DNA of 60,421 nucleotides, counting the filler. It is 5 parts of 5 records of this genome, joined end to end, with 100 filler letters (N's around TTAATTAATTAA, not from the genome) between each part and the next. Parts side by side here need not be neighbours in the genome. Positions count along the whole stretch, not along the records: positions 15,147 to 20,454 come from DRR723986_29979; positions 20,555 to 42,477 come from DRR723986_30072; 3 more parts are not named here. The stretch is one strand, 5' to 3'. Positions 19,491-29,388 of this stretch are shown here, in pieces. The notes under the pieces are model-generated. The model saw only the letters and a list, made by a program, of their open reading frames with translations. It searched no databases and was not told the origin of the DNA. How positions within the stretch are numbered: the stretch's first letter is position 1; the number at the start of each line of letters is the position of its first letter. The translations under genes and the position numbers were made by a program.

Positions 19491-20454
19491 CTAAGCAGAC
19501 CTGTCCGGCTTGTTCTGGTCTTTTGCCGAGCCGTCTGTGTTCTCGGATTCCGAGTTGGTGGATTCCGTGCTGCTGTCGCTTGATTCACTTGCGGCTGCGT
19601 CAGGCTCGGGCGATGGTGTCTTTGGGATCTCCGGCAGGGTTGCTTCAGCGGGGCTTTCCAGGCTATCGACGTGATCCAGTTCGGTATTGTCGACACTCTT
19701 GCGGAGGATTAGGTAGATGCTTGAGGCGGCGGACCAAAAATAGCTGTACGAGAATGCCGCAATTAATGCGGCTGCCAGCCAAGCGCCTGCGTCGAGGTAC
19801 TCGCTCTGCATAATCCCCGAAGTAGACATGTAGCTGCGACTGAGTAGCCACCAGCCTCCCGTCGTTGTCCAGTAAACGAGCACTTGTCCGACGATGCCGA
19901 TGGCGAGCAGGATTATCGCGCAAAGTACGGTTACTACAGGGCGTTGAAACAGGTAGGCGTTGCTGCGACTAAATCCCTCGAATGCATCGGCTTCTTTCTC
20001 GATGCTAATTGCCGCAACAGAAAGTGGGAAACCAACAATGGCACTGACTAGGGATTTGCCAAAGGCAAACAGCAGTGGAAAACACAGGATGAGCAAGACG
20101 CCGGAAATAGTCTGCGCGATACCACCCAATTGTCCGATCAAGCCGGCAATAACAACGGGGATAACCAGAAAACCGATGGCCACCAAGTGCATCCCCACGG
20201 CCCACAAGTAGCTGGTGCATCGTGATGCAACAATTCGCACCGATTCACCCCAAGCGGCCATGGTCCGCTGGCCAAGTTCAACTGCTGCACGTCGAGCTAA
20301 GATTCCGCCAGACAGCGATGCGACGAGCGCAAAACCGAGGATCGCAAATGTGAAGTAGGCGATTTCTTGCAAACCGAAGACACTTACTTCCGCAAGCGGC
20401 TGCACGGTCATTTCGACAGTTTTGAAATATTGAAACGGTAGTGGCTGGCTCAGG
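19491..20454 (-). CDS. Multi-pass membrane hypothetical protein, 5'-truncated
   Basis: Frame stays open to the contig end; about 5-6 TM segments, DAFEGFSRS motif, acidic tail. Confidence 0.75.
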
Positions 20455-20554
20455 NNNNNNNNNNNNNNNNNNNNNNNNNNNNNNNNNNNNNNNNNNNNTT
20501 AATTAATTAANNNNNNNNNNNNNNNNNNNNNNNNNNNNNNNNNNNNNNNNNNNN
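20455..20554. other. Artificial contig spacer
   Basis: Same linker. Confidence 0.98.
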
Positions 20555-20660
20555 GATTGCCGAACCGAGTGCGTTGGCGTTCCGTAGTGATGACAGCCCC
20601 GGATACTGGACAAACCACTGGGAGTTTTTTGCGTAGGACAAGAGTCGGACGTAAGCTTTA
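20555..20660. ncRNA. Probable structured ncRNA fragment, unidentified, truncated by contig end
   Basis: About 53% GC (56/106) in an AT-rich contig, sharp drop to AT after AAGCTTT, nested short helices; not a tRNA or rRNA. Confidence 0.45.
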
Positions 20661-20683
20661 CTTACTATTTTAACACTCGTTTT

Positions 20684-21223
20684 CTACTCTGGTAAATTTC
20701 TCTCTAAAAAATCAAGAAATTCCTGTTTGGTAGAACTGCCAATTAGAGAGTCGGTAGTTTTTCCGTCTGTATTGATTATGTAATAAGCCGGTTGTGTAAT
20801 TGAACCAAATTCGATTAGTTGATATTCCAGATTTGACATTCCAACGTTCATTACGGTGTCATTTAATACTTCTGAAAAGTATTGACTTTCAATATTGATT
20901 GCGGTTTTGTCGTCAACAATTAAATCTGCAAACTCAAAACTTTCATTTATAATAGACGCAGACTCATAATCCCAACAATCTTGTCTTTGGTAGATACTGT
21001 TGACGGACGCATAACCTCTGAAATATGCAATAATGTTTTTGAAGCTTTCCTCTTGTTTTTTTTGAGCCTGTGCAATTGTTTGACCACTTAGCAGTTGGTT
21101 TTCAGTTTCTTTATAGACTGAATCTTGATTAGTGATGAATTCGGTATCCTTTTCTTGTATCTCAGTTTCAGATCCGCATGATTGAAGAATAGAGAATGAA
21201 AGTACAAACAACCAGTATCTCAT
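20684..21223 (-). CDS. Lipoprotein with thioredoxin-like (DsbD C-terminal-like) fold, CxxC replaced by SxxS
   Basis: Lipobox LQSC; YFRGYASVNS, LIVDDK, TQPAYYIINTDGK parallel the Bacteroidota DsbD thioredoxin domain. Confidence 0.65.
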   Translation of the reverse strand: MRYWLFVLSFSILQSCGSETEIQEKDTEFITNQDSVYKETENQLLSGQTIAQAQKKQEESFKNIIAYFRGYASVNSIYQRQDCWDYESASIINESFEFADLIVDDKTAINIESQYFSEVLNDTVMNVGMSNLEYQLIEFGSITQPAYYIINTDGKTTDSLIGSSTKQEFLDFLERNLPE

Positions 21224-21384
21224 TTAATGAATGTTAACTTAACAATAAAACCCACAGGTCTTATCCCTTATCTATCCATACCTACAGGATGGACAACAAA
21301 CCAAGATAGAAAAAATGCTAGACCTTTTCAATGTAATTTCTGAAGAAAGCATATTTTTAGCCGAGAACCGCTAAGCAAGTTAAA

Positions 21385-21639
21385 ATGGAATCAGAAGATA
21401 TTACTAGAGAGGAGTATTTGGAGATTATTGAAAATCAAATCAATGACAAAGACCCCATTGAAACCAAAAAGACCTTTGAACGCTTAGTGGCTGAAGGTTT
21501 TAGTGAAGAGGAGGCCAAGAATTTATTGGCAGATTGCATAGCCGTTGAAATCGTAGATGTCATCCAAAATGGTAAAAACTTTAATAAACTGCGATACGTG
21601 CTCAACTTGGCCAATTTACCCAAAGCACCACAGGGCTAA
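21385..21639 (+). CDS. Small conserved hypothetical protein (possibly DUF1841-like)
   Basis: IIENQI..KDP.ET..TFERL...G.S..EAK pattern. Confidence 0.7.
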   Translation: MESEDITREEYLEIIENQINDKDPIETKKTFERLVAEGFSEEEAKNLLADCIAVEIVDVIQNGKNFNKLRYVLNLANLPKAPQG

Positions 21640-21640
21640 T

Positions 21641-21675
21641 AAAAAAGCCCTTCCGAATAAACGAAAGGGCTTCTC
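21641..21675 (-). terminator. Intrinsic terminator of pnp (possibly bidirectional)
   Basis: AAGCCCTT...AAGGGCTT stem with A6 tract on the left, between convergent genes. Confidence 0.8.
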
Positions 21676-21691
21676 AATTATAGTTTAAGAA

Positions 21692-23848
21692 TTAAGCTTC
21701 TTTTGGAGCTTCTTCTTTTTTCTCTGGTTTTGGAAGTAATACTTTTCTAGAAAGTTTCCATTTCTTAGTTTTTGGATCTTGTCCAATAACTTTGAATTTC
21801 AACACATCTCCTTCTTTACATACTTCTTCAACTTTCTCCACTCTTCTGTGCTCAAGCTCAGAAATGTGAATCAATCCGTCAGTTCCTGGTAAAATCTCTA
21901 CGAAGCATCCGTAAGCCTGAACAGACTTTACTTTTCCTTCATAAATTTCACCTTCTTCAACTGTTGGAGGGAAAGCAATCAATTTAATTTTATCAACTGC
22001 GGCTTTCATATCGTCAGCGTTTGCAGATAAAATTTGAACTCTACCTTCACCTGTTTCAATCTCTTCAATCGTGATTGTGGTGTTGGTTTCTTTCTGTAAT
22101 TCTTGAATGATTTTACCACCAGGTCCGATAATTGCACCAATGCAATCGTTAGGAACAGTGATTCCTTCAATTCTAGGAGCAGACGGCTTCATATCAGCAG
22201 CAGGCTCAGCAATTGTTTTCAAGATTTCATTCAAGATATGATTTCTTCCTTCTTTCGCTTGGTTAAGCGCTTCAGTCAATACTTCAAAAGATAATCCGTC
22301 AACTTTGATATCCATCTGACAAGCAGTGATTCCGTTTGTTGTACCGGTTACTTTAAAGTCCATGTCACCTAAGTGATCTTCATCTCCTAAGATATCAGAC
22401 AATACGCAGTATTTTCCCTCAGCATCAGTAATCAATCCCATTGCGATTCCTGAAACAGGACGCTTGATTTTGATTCCACCATCCATCAAAGCCATGGTTC
22501 CAGCACAAACTGTTGCCATTGAAGATGAACCGTTTGATTCTAAGATCTCAGATACTAATCTAATAGTATATGGGCTTTCATCTACTGATGGAAGCATTCC
22601 TTTCAATGCTCTTAATGCTAAGTTTCCGTGTCCAATCTCTCTTCTTGAAACGCCTCTAATAGGTCTAGCTTCACCAGTTGAGAATGGAGGGAAGTTGTAG
22701 TGCAACATGAATCTTTCGTAACGCTTATCTGTTGCGCTATCAATCATTTGCTCATCCATTTTACCACCTAAAGTTAGGGTAGTTAATGATTGTGTTTCAC
22801 CTCTTGTAAATACTGCCGAACCGTGAGTTCCTGGTAAATAGTCAACTTCTGACCAGATTGGTCTGATTTCGTCCATTTTTCTACCATCTAATCTGATTCT
22901 TTCATCTAGCATTACTCTTCTTACAGCTTCTTTCTTCGCTTTGTTGAAGTAAACTTGGATGAATGGAGATTCAGCTTCTAAAGTTGCTTCATCTAATCCG
23001 TCAACGTATTCTTGGTAAATGTCTCTAAATAATTGAGCTCTCTTTTCTTTATCAGCTAAACCTTGTCTAGCAACACCTTTACACTTTTCAAAAACAGCAT
23101 TCCAGATTTTATCTTTGATTGCGTCATCATGTGTTTCGTGGCAATATTCTCTTTTAGTTTGAGCAGCAGGAACTCCTGAAGCTAAATCTAATTGGAATGC
23201 ACATTGTTTTCTAATTGCATCATGTGCAACCTTGATGATATCTACTAAGTCAGCCTCAGAGATTTCAGCCATTTCACCTTCAACCATTACAATGTTATCA
23301 GCCGTACCTGCGATCATACAATCAACATCAGCAACTGCTAACTCTTCTAAAGTTGGGTTTACAACGTATTTCCCATCAACTCTTGATACTCTTACTTCAG
23401 ACATTGGTCCACCGAAAGGGATATCAGAAACTGCGATTGCAGCAGATGCTGCGAATCCTGCCAATGAATCTGGCATGTTAACACCGTCATGAGACAATAA
23501 TTGCATCATTAACTGTGTGTCTGCGTGATAATCACTTGGGAAAAGCGGTCTTAATGCTCTATCCACCAAACGCATCACTAATATTTCGTCATCAGACGGT
23601 CTTGCTTCACGCTTTAAATATCCACCAGGGATTTTTCCTGCAGCATAGAATTTCTCTCTATAATCTACAGTTAAAGGTAAGAAGTCAACTCCGTCTTTTG
23701 CTTCTTTTGATGATACTACAGTAGCAAGAATCACTGTTCCGCCACATTTTACTACAACTGATCCGTCAGCTTGTTTTGCTAACTTCCCTGTTTCAACGGT
23801 GATTTCTCTTCCGTTTCCAACATCAATTGATTTTTCTATTACATTCAT
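21692..23848 (-). CDS. pnp: Polyribonucleotide nucleotidyltransferase (PNPase)
   Basis: [35 protein letters not shown] and S1 domains. Confidence 0.99.
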   Translation of the reverse strand: MNVIEKSIDVGNGREITVETGKLAKQADGSVVVKCGGTVILATVVSSKEAKDGVDFLPLTVDYREKFYAAGKIPGGYLKREARPSDDEILVMRLVDRALRPLFPSDYHADTQLMMQLLSHDGVNMPDSLAGFAASAAIAVSDIPFGGPMSEVRVSRVDGKYVVNPTLEELAVADVDCMIAGTADNIVMVEGEMAEISEADLVDIIKVAHDAIRKQCAFQLDLASGVPAAQTKREYCHETHDDAIKDKIWNAVFEKCKGVARQGLADKEKRAQLFRDIYQEYVDGLDEATLEAESPFIQVYFNKAKKEAVRRVMLDERIRLDGRKMDEIRPIWSEVDYLPGTHGSAVFTRGETQSLTTLTLGGKMDEQMIDSATDKRYERFMLHYNFPPFSTGEARPIRGVSRREIGHGNLALRALKGMLPSVDESPYTIRLVSEILESNGSSSMATVCAGTMALMDGGIKIKRPVSGIAMGLITDAEGKYCVLSDILGDEDHLGDMDFKVTGTTNGITACQMDIKVDGLSFEVLTEALNQAKEGRNHILNEILKTIAEPAADMKPSAPRIEGITVPNDCIGAIIGPGGKIIQELQKETNTTITIEEIETGEGRVQILSANADDMKAAVDKIKLIAFPPTVEEGEIYEGKVKSVQAYGCFVEILPGTDGLIHISELEHRRVEKVEEVCKEGDVLKFKVIGQDPKTKKWKLSRKVLLPKPEKKEEAPKEA

Positions 23849-23931
23849 ATATGTGTATTTGTGATTTGGGGGCTTCTTTTATCCCAAATCGATTTAATTT
23901 ATACTTATTCAATTATATACCTAGGGTATAT

Positions 23932-23972
23932 AAACAGAAAGGACAATTGAAAAACGAATTTCAATTGTCCCC
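23932..23972 (-). terminator. rpsO terminator
   Basis: GGACAATTGAAA-6nt-TTTCAATTGTCC 12-bp stem followed by TTTCTGTTT on the minus strand. Confidence 0.75.
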
Positions 23973-24008
23973 TCTTAATACATTCTTCCCAGTTTAACCG
24001 GGAAAGGA

Positions 24009-24278
24009 TTATCTTCTTAATCCTAATTCTTTTACGATTGCTCTATAGCGCTCGATATCTTTTGCTTTTAAATAGTCTAATAAACTTCTTCTTTTACCAA
24101 CTAGTAATTGAAGAGATCTTTGCGTATTAAAGTCTTTTCTGTTTTTCTTTAAGTGCTCAGTTAAGTGAGCAATTCTGTATGAAAACATTGCGATTTGTCC
24201 TTCTGCAGAACCGGTGTCTTTCTCGCTTTTACCGTGTTTTTTGAAGATTTCTTCTTTCTTCTTTGAATCTAAATACAT
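24009..24278 (-). CDS. rpsO: 30S ribosomal protein S15
   Basis: DTGSAEGQIA...HLTEHLK...LVGKRRSLLDYL...LGLRR; rpsO-pnp synteny. Confidence 0.99.
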   Translation of the reverse strand: MYLDSKKKEEIFKKHGKSEKDTGSAEGQIAMFSYRIAHLTEHLKKNRKDFNTQRSLQLLVGKRRSLLDYLKAKDIERYRAIVKELGLRR

Positions 24279-24326
24279 TCCAATATTATTTCAATGATTA
24301 TTATGTACGTCTCTTAATAGACGGTG

Positions 24327-24334
24327 CAAAGATA
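24327..24334 (-). promoter_or_regulatory. Bacteroidota -7 promoter element (TATCTTTG) for rpsO
   Basis: Exact TAnnTTTG about 50 nt upstream of ATG. Confidence 0.7.
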
Positions 24335-24346
24335 CACTTTTTAAAT

Positions 24347-24381
24347 AATTATGAATTATGAATTCGAAATTATTCATGATT
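24347..24381. repeat. Short heptamer run (AATTATG-like) that folds into a hairpin
   Basis: aattatg aattatg aattcga aattatt catgatt; 24347-56 pairs with 24372-81. Confidence 0.55.
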
Positions 24382-24436
24382 TGGTAAGTTTTTGGCTTTT
24401 GTTTGAGAGTAGGGTGGCTGAATGATGTGCAAGACC

Positions 24437-24576
24437 AATCTATAATCTATACTCTATATTCTATGTTCTAGAATCTAAAATCTATACTCTTTAATCTATG
24501 CTCTATACTCTAGAATCTAGATTCTAAAATCTATACTCTAGAATCTATACTCTAGAATCTAGATTCTAAAACCTAA
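24437..24576. repeat. Degenerate 7-bp tandem array, 20 units (consensus A[A/C/T]TCTA[T/G/A])
   Basis: aatctat aatctat actctat attctat gttctag ... attctaa aacctaa; the last unit overlaps the accD stop. Confidence 0.92.
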
Positions 24577-25418
24577 TTCTTAAACATCTCCAACAACTTA
24601 CCTAGCTTGCTTTTTAAGTCTTTACGCTCAACAATTAAGTCTAAGAAACCGTGCTCTAAAACAAATTCAGAACGTTGGAATCCTTCAGGTAAGTCTCTAC
24701 CGATTGTTTCTTTAACAACTCTAGGACCTGCGAAAGCAATCAAAGCATCTGGCTCAGCAATATTCAAATCTCCTAACATGGCAAATGATGCTGTAACACC
24801 ACCTGTTGTAGGATCAGTTAAAAATGAGATGTAAGGTAATTTCGCTTCTGACAATTGATTCAATTTGGCAGATGTTTTTGCCATCTGCATTAATGAAAGA
24901 CCAGCTTCCATCATTCTTGCTCCACCTGATTTTGAAATCATTAAAAAGGGACAATTCAATTCAATGGCTTTATCAATTGCTCTTGCAATTTTTTCACCAA
25001 CAACAGATCCCATTGATCCACCAATGAAGTTGAAATCCATAGCGGCAATAACAATTGGCTCACCATTCATTTTACCATGAGCAACACGAATAGCATCTTT
25101 ATTTCCCGTTTTTTCTTGAACCGCTTTGACACGATCAACGTATTTTTTGGTATCCTCAAATTTTAATGGATCACCAGATTCAATACCTCTTGCAAACTCA
25201 GAACCTTTTTTGCTGTCGAATAAAATTTCGAAATAATCTTTTGCACCGATACGTTCGTGATGGTCACAAACGCCACACACAAACAAGTTTTCTTTGTGAT
25301 CTTCTGATGCAACAACTGTTTTACACTTCGGACACTTATACCATAATCCTTCTGGTGTCTCTTTCTTATCAGCAGTGGAAGTTGAAATCCCCTGTTTTTC
25401 TCTCTTAAACCAACCCAT
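24573..25418 (-). CDS. accD: Acetyl-CoA carboxylase carboxyltransferase beta subunit
   Basis: CPKC...CGVC zinc finger, [31 protein letters not shown]. Confidence 0.98.
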   Translation of the reverse strand: MGWFKREKQGISTSTADKKETPEGLWYKCPKCKTVVASEDHKENLFVCGVCDHHERIGAKDYFEILFDSKKGSEFARGIESGDPLKFEDTKKYVDRVKAVQEKTGNKDAIRVAHGKMNGEPIVIAAMDFNFIGGSMGSVVGEKIARAIDKAIELNCPFLMISKSGGARMMEAGLSLMQMAKTSAKLNQLSEAKLPYISFLTDPTTGGVTASFAMLGDLNIAEPDALIAFAGPRVVKETIGRDLPEGFQRSEFVLEHGFLDLIVERKDLKSKLGKLLEMFKN

Positions 25419-25445
25419 GTGTTTCTAGTATTTTGTTCGCTTTAA

Positions 25446-26510
25446 TTAAGCAATTGTAATCGAATCATCAAGATAAACATCTTGAACCGCATTAATCAAT
25501 TTTACTCCATCCGCAAATGGCTTTTGGAAGGCTTTTCTTCCTAAGATTAATCCGTGACCTGCTGCTCTCTTGTTAATTACAGCAGTTTTAATTCCAACTT
25601 CAAAATCAGTAGAAGCACTTCCAGTAGAAGCACCTCCTGAATTAATCAATCCGTTTCTTCCCATGTAGCAGTTGGCCACCATGTAACGGCATAAATCAAT
25701 TGGATTATCAGTTGTTAAATCTGAATAAACTTTATCGTGTGTTTTACCAAAATTGATTGCTGGATATCCACCATTTAATTCAGGTAATTTTTGTTTAATA
25801 ATATCTGCTTGAATAGTTACACCAATATGTGTTGCTTGAGAAGAAATATCTGTAGCCGTGTGGTAATCAACACCGTCTTTTTTGAATGCAGAATTTCTCA
25901 GGTAACACCATAAAATAGTAGCCATACCTAATTCGTGCGCTCTTTCAAATGCTTCAGCAATTTCTACAATTTGTCTTTCTGATCCTTCAGAACCAAAATA
26001 AATTGTTGCGCCAACAGCAGTAGCTCCTAAATTCCAAGCTTCATCAACCGATCCAAAAGGAATTTGGTTGAAGGTGTTAGGATAAGATAAGAACTCATTG
26101 TGGTTTAACTTTACAATGAACGGAATTTTGTGTGCATACTTTCTAGAACATGCAGCTAATACACCGAAAGTTGAGGCTACACCGTTACACCCAGCTTCAA
26201 CAGCAAGTTTCACAATGTTTTCAGGATCCATATACATAGGATTTGGCGCAAATGATGCACCTGCTGAATGCTCAATTCCTTGGTCAACTGGTAAAATAGA
26301 AACATAACCTGTTCCTGCCAGTCTACCGTGGTTATAAAGTGCTTCTAAACTCTTTAATACTTGAGGTGAGCGATTTGATTGTAAAAAACTTCTATCCACG
26401 AAGTCGCCACCTGGCAACATCAACATGTCTTTAGAAATGGTTTTACATTCGTGATTCAAAAGGGCTTCTCCTTCGGCTCCGAGTAATTCAACAACTTTAT
26501 TAGCTGACAT
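25446..26510 (-). CDS. fbaB: Class I fructose-bisphosphate aldolase (DhnA/FbaB)
   Basis: [49 protein letters not shown] box at 26535-42. Confidence 0.95.
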   Translation of the reverse strand: MSANKVVELLGAEGEALLNHECKTISKDMLMLPGGDFVDRSFLQSNRSPQVLKSLEALYNHGRLAGTGYVSILPVDQGIEHSAGASFAPNPMYMDPENIVKLAVEAGCNGVASTFGVLAACSRKYAHKIPFIVKLNHNEFLSYPNTFNQIPFGSVDEAWNLGATAVGATIYFGSEGSERQIVEIAEAFERAHELGMATILWCYLRNSAFKKDGVDYHTATDISSQATHIGVTIQADIIKQKLPELNGGYPAINFGKTHDKVYSDLTTDNPIDLCRYMVANCYMGRNGLINSGGASTGSASTDFEVGIKTAVINKRAAGHGLILGRKAFQKPFADGVKLINAVQDVYLDDSITIA

Positions 26511-26578
26511 AATAATAGATTAAATTTAGGTGGGCAAAATTAATAAAACTTTCGGTTGTTCCTGAAATTTTGAGACAA

Positions 26579-27283
26579 TTAATTGGCAGTTTGCAAGGCC
26601 AATTTTTTTTCATTGATAATTTTGAGCGCCAGTTCTAGTTGATCTTCTTCGCTCAATTCAGAATTGTCAATCTCTATGGCGTCTTCAGCTTTAGAGAGCG
26701 GGGCTATTTCTCTGTTCATGTCTAAATAATCCCTACGTGCAATGCTTTTTTTAACATCTTCTAAACTGATAGATTCACCTTTATCGATCAATTCTAAATA
26801 ACGTCTTTGTGCTCGAATATCATTATCTGCAGTCATGAACAACTTCACTTCAGCATGCGGAAAAACAACGGTTCCGATATCTCTTCCATCCATGATTACA
26901 CCACCCATTTGCCCAAGGTCTTGTTGGATTTTTACCAATTTAGTTCGCACTTCTCCAATGGCGCTAATGGCACTCACTTGCTTTGAAATAGCTAAGGTCC
27001 GGATGTCTTTTTCAATGTTTTCTCCGTTGAGATAAGTTTCAGATTTTTTTTGATCTCGGTTATACTCAAAACGTATCTCAATGTCATTCAATTCGTTAAG
27101 TACTTGTTCTTTGATGAAATGACCGTCTTTTAAAATGCCGGTATTGATCAAATGCAGTGTTACGGCTCGATACATTGCTCCACTGTCTACATAGATGTAA
27201 TTCAGTTTATTAGCCAATTCTTTAGCCAATGTGCTTTTACCACATGATGAAAAACCGTCTATTGCAATCGTAATTTCTGACAC
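26579..27283 (-). CDS. cmk: Cytidylate kinase
   Basis: IAIDGFSSCGKST, DSGAMYRA, MDGRDIGTVVFP; GTG start. Confidence 0.97.
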   Translation of the reverse strand: MSEITIAIDGFSSCGKSTLAKELANKLNYIYVDSGAMYRAVTLHLINTGILKDGHFIKEQVLNELNDIEIRFEYNRDQKKSETYLNGENIEKDIRTLAISKQVSAISAIGEVRTKLVKIQQDLGQMGGVIMDGRDIGTVVFPHAEVKLFMTADNDIRAQRRYLELIDKGESISLEDVKKSIARRDYLDMNREIAPLSKAEDAIEIDNSELSEEDQLELALKIINEKKLALQTAN

Positions 27284-27321
27284 TTAACAAAGATATGAAA
27301 TGTGATTCACGATTAAAAGGA

Positions 27322-28545
27322 TTATTCCAAATTCAAATAGTCGAAATCGAAAAGGTAGGTCGTTCCGTTTTCAAAGCTTCGAGTGAACTTGCCATCTAGC
27401 TGTTCACATAAATCGTCAATGAGCTCTAATCCAAAAGAGGTAGCTTTTTGTGGGCCTCTCCATTCCCCGTTATCGTGATATTCAAATACTACATGATTGG
27501 GTTCGGGAAGCCTAATGTCAATTCTAATTTCTCCTGAATCTTGATTAACAAAAGCGTGCTTAAGGCTATTGGCAACCAATTCGTTACAGAGTAAAGCAAA
27601 GGATACCAGTGATTTAGGTTGAATGTATTCAATTTCACATCTAATAGAAATGTGAATCGGTTTTTCAATGGTGTAAGTAGCAATAAGCTCTTCAGTTAAT
27701 GAATTCAAATAGGCATCCAAATCAATTTTAGAAAGATCATTAGATTGATACATTTTTTCGTGAATCAATGCCATAGCCAATACTCGTTGAATGGCATCAT
27801 TAAAATAAGCGATTGATTTTTCATCATCAATTTCGCGGCTTTGTAATCTCAATAAAGAGGTAATGACCTGAAGATTGTTTTTAACTCGGTGATGAATTTC
27901 TTTTAGCATCACGGTTTTCTCCTCATTTTTACCTTGCACCAACTGGTATTGATCTTTTAATTCAGCTTGTGCTACGCGTGATCTTTTTTCAGCCGTTTTA
28001 GTGGTTTGCTGAATTTTATGCATCAGAAATGAAAGATAAAATGTAATAACGGCCAAGTTGATGCAGACGGCCATCAATCCAAAATTATCTCGTGTCACTA
28101 TTCTTTCAACCTGCACGGCTTGTGGCACAACTACTAATGCGGTTCCAACACCAATCAAATTCAAGAGCAGCGTGACGAATCCGAATTTTGAACCCAACAA
28201 ATAAAAAGCTGACAATGAAATACTAACAATCCAAAGCGTAGTGACAAACTTTTGAGAGCTAATGATGACAAATAAATCGTATTGATTGACAAGTGTTCCT
28301 CCTATCACTCCAACAACAGCAGCAGCCACAAATGACCTGGTAAAATAAGTTACCATTAAACAGATACCGATTACGCCAAGTGCAGCAATGGTTACGAAAA
28401 AGTTCTGGTCATCTCTAAAAAAGTGAAATACAGAGAGAAACATGAAAACTCCAGCCAAAAACATAAACAACCACCAGGTGAAGTTAAATCGCTCCTGATC
28501 ATACAGATCAGTATATTTCGAAGCCGGTGGGCTGAATAGTTTCAT
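27322..28545 (-). CDS. Membrane sensor histidine kinase (HisKA_2 type)
   Basis: About 6 [16 protein letters not shown]-box, [13 protein letters not shown]-box, DNG, FGL. Confidence 0.92.
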   Translation of the reverse strand: MKLFSPPASKYTDLYDQERFNFTWWLFMFLAGVFMFLSVFHFFRDDQNFFVTIAALGVIGICLMVTYFTRSFVAAAVVGVIGGTLVNQYDLFVIISSQKFVTTLWIVSISLSAFYLLGSKFGFVTLLLNLIGVGTALVVVPQAVQVERIVTRDNFGLMAVCINLAVITFYLSFLMHKIQQTTKTAEKRSRVAQAELKDQYQLVQGKNEEKTVMLKEIHHRVKNNLQVITSLLRLQSREIDDEKSIAYFNDAIQRVLAMALIHEKMYQSNDLSKIDLDAYLNSLTEELIATYTIEKPIHISIRCEIEYIQPKSLVSFALLCNELVANSLKHAFVNQDSGEIRIDIRLPEPNHVVFEYHDNGEWRGPQKATSFGLELIDDLCEQLDGKFTRSFENGTTYLFDFDYLNLE

Positions 28546-28599
28546 TAATGAGGAAGTAGTTTTTTGACTATTTTCGCACTAAATTATAAAAAAGCTTAG

Positions 28600-29388
28600 A
28601 TGTTTCAGGATAAAATTGTTTGGATTACTGGCGCTTCCTCTGGAATAGGTGCTGAAGCTGCTCGACAATTCAATAAACAAGGGGCAACAGTAATTTTATC
28701 CGCGCGAAACGAGGCCAAGTTGCAATCAGTGCAACAAACATTGAGTCAGCCATCTAGGTCGCTAGTTTTAACGTTAGACCTGGAGAAATCTGAAGAGTTT
28801 GAATCCAAAGTTCAACAGGTTTTAGAAAAACATCAAAAAATAGATATTCTGTTAAACAATGGGGGATTGAGCCAAAGAGGTGAGGCTGGAGATACCAGTT
28901 TAGATGTTGATCGAAGAATAATGGAAATTAATTATTTTGGAACAGTTGCCTTAACTAAAGCCGTTTTGCCCACTATGCAAAAACAGCAATCAGGTCATAT
29001 TATTGTGATTTCGAGTATCGCTGGGAAGTTTGGATTTTTCTTGAGGTCAGCCTATGCTGCTTCTAAGCATGCCTTGCAGGGATTCTTTGAGAGTTTGCTG
29101 TTAGAGGAGGAAAAAAATGGCATTAAGGTGACCATTGCTTATCCTGGAAAAATAAATACAGAAATTTCTAAATCGGCTTTAAACGCTAGTGGTTCAGAAC
29201 ATGGCGTGATGGATCACAATCAAGAAACAGGCATGTCTGCTGAAGATTGCGTGAAGAAGATTATTAAGGCTGTTCAAAAAAACAAGAAGTCGGTATTGAT
29301 TGGGAATAAAGAAATTTACGCGGTGTACATCAAACGTTATTTTCCGAGACTGTTTTGGAAAATCATCAAGAAACAAAAGGCAGTTTGA
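28600..29388 (+). CDS. SDR family oxidoreductase
   Basis: WITGASSGIG, NNGG, YAASK. Confidence 0.92.
   Translation: MFQDKIVWITGASSGIGAEAARQFNKQGATVILSARNEAKLQSVQQTLSQPSRSLVLTLDLEKSEEFESKVQQVLEKHQKIDILLNNGGLSQRGEAGDTSLDVDRRIMEINYFGTVALTKAVLPTMQKQQSGHIIVISSIAGKFGFFLRSAYAASKHALQGFFESLLLEEEKNGIKVTIAYPGKINTEISKSALNASGSEHGVMDHNQETGMSAEDCVKKIIKAVQKNKKSVLIGNKEIYAVYIKRYFPRLFWKIIKKQKAV

Noticed and set aside
18680-19696. 338-aa RsmE with a long N-terminal extension
   Set aside because: The extension overlaps the upstream gene in another frame; homology starts at MAVPRFY (19468)
20555-20660. Possible 5S rRNA 3' part
   Set aside because: Only superficial CCGAAC and GAGT..GACG similarity; spacing and helices do not fit 5S
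24437-24576. Possible CRISPR array
   Set aside because: 7-bp period with no unique spacers and no cas genes
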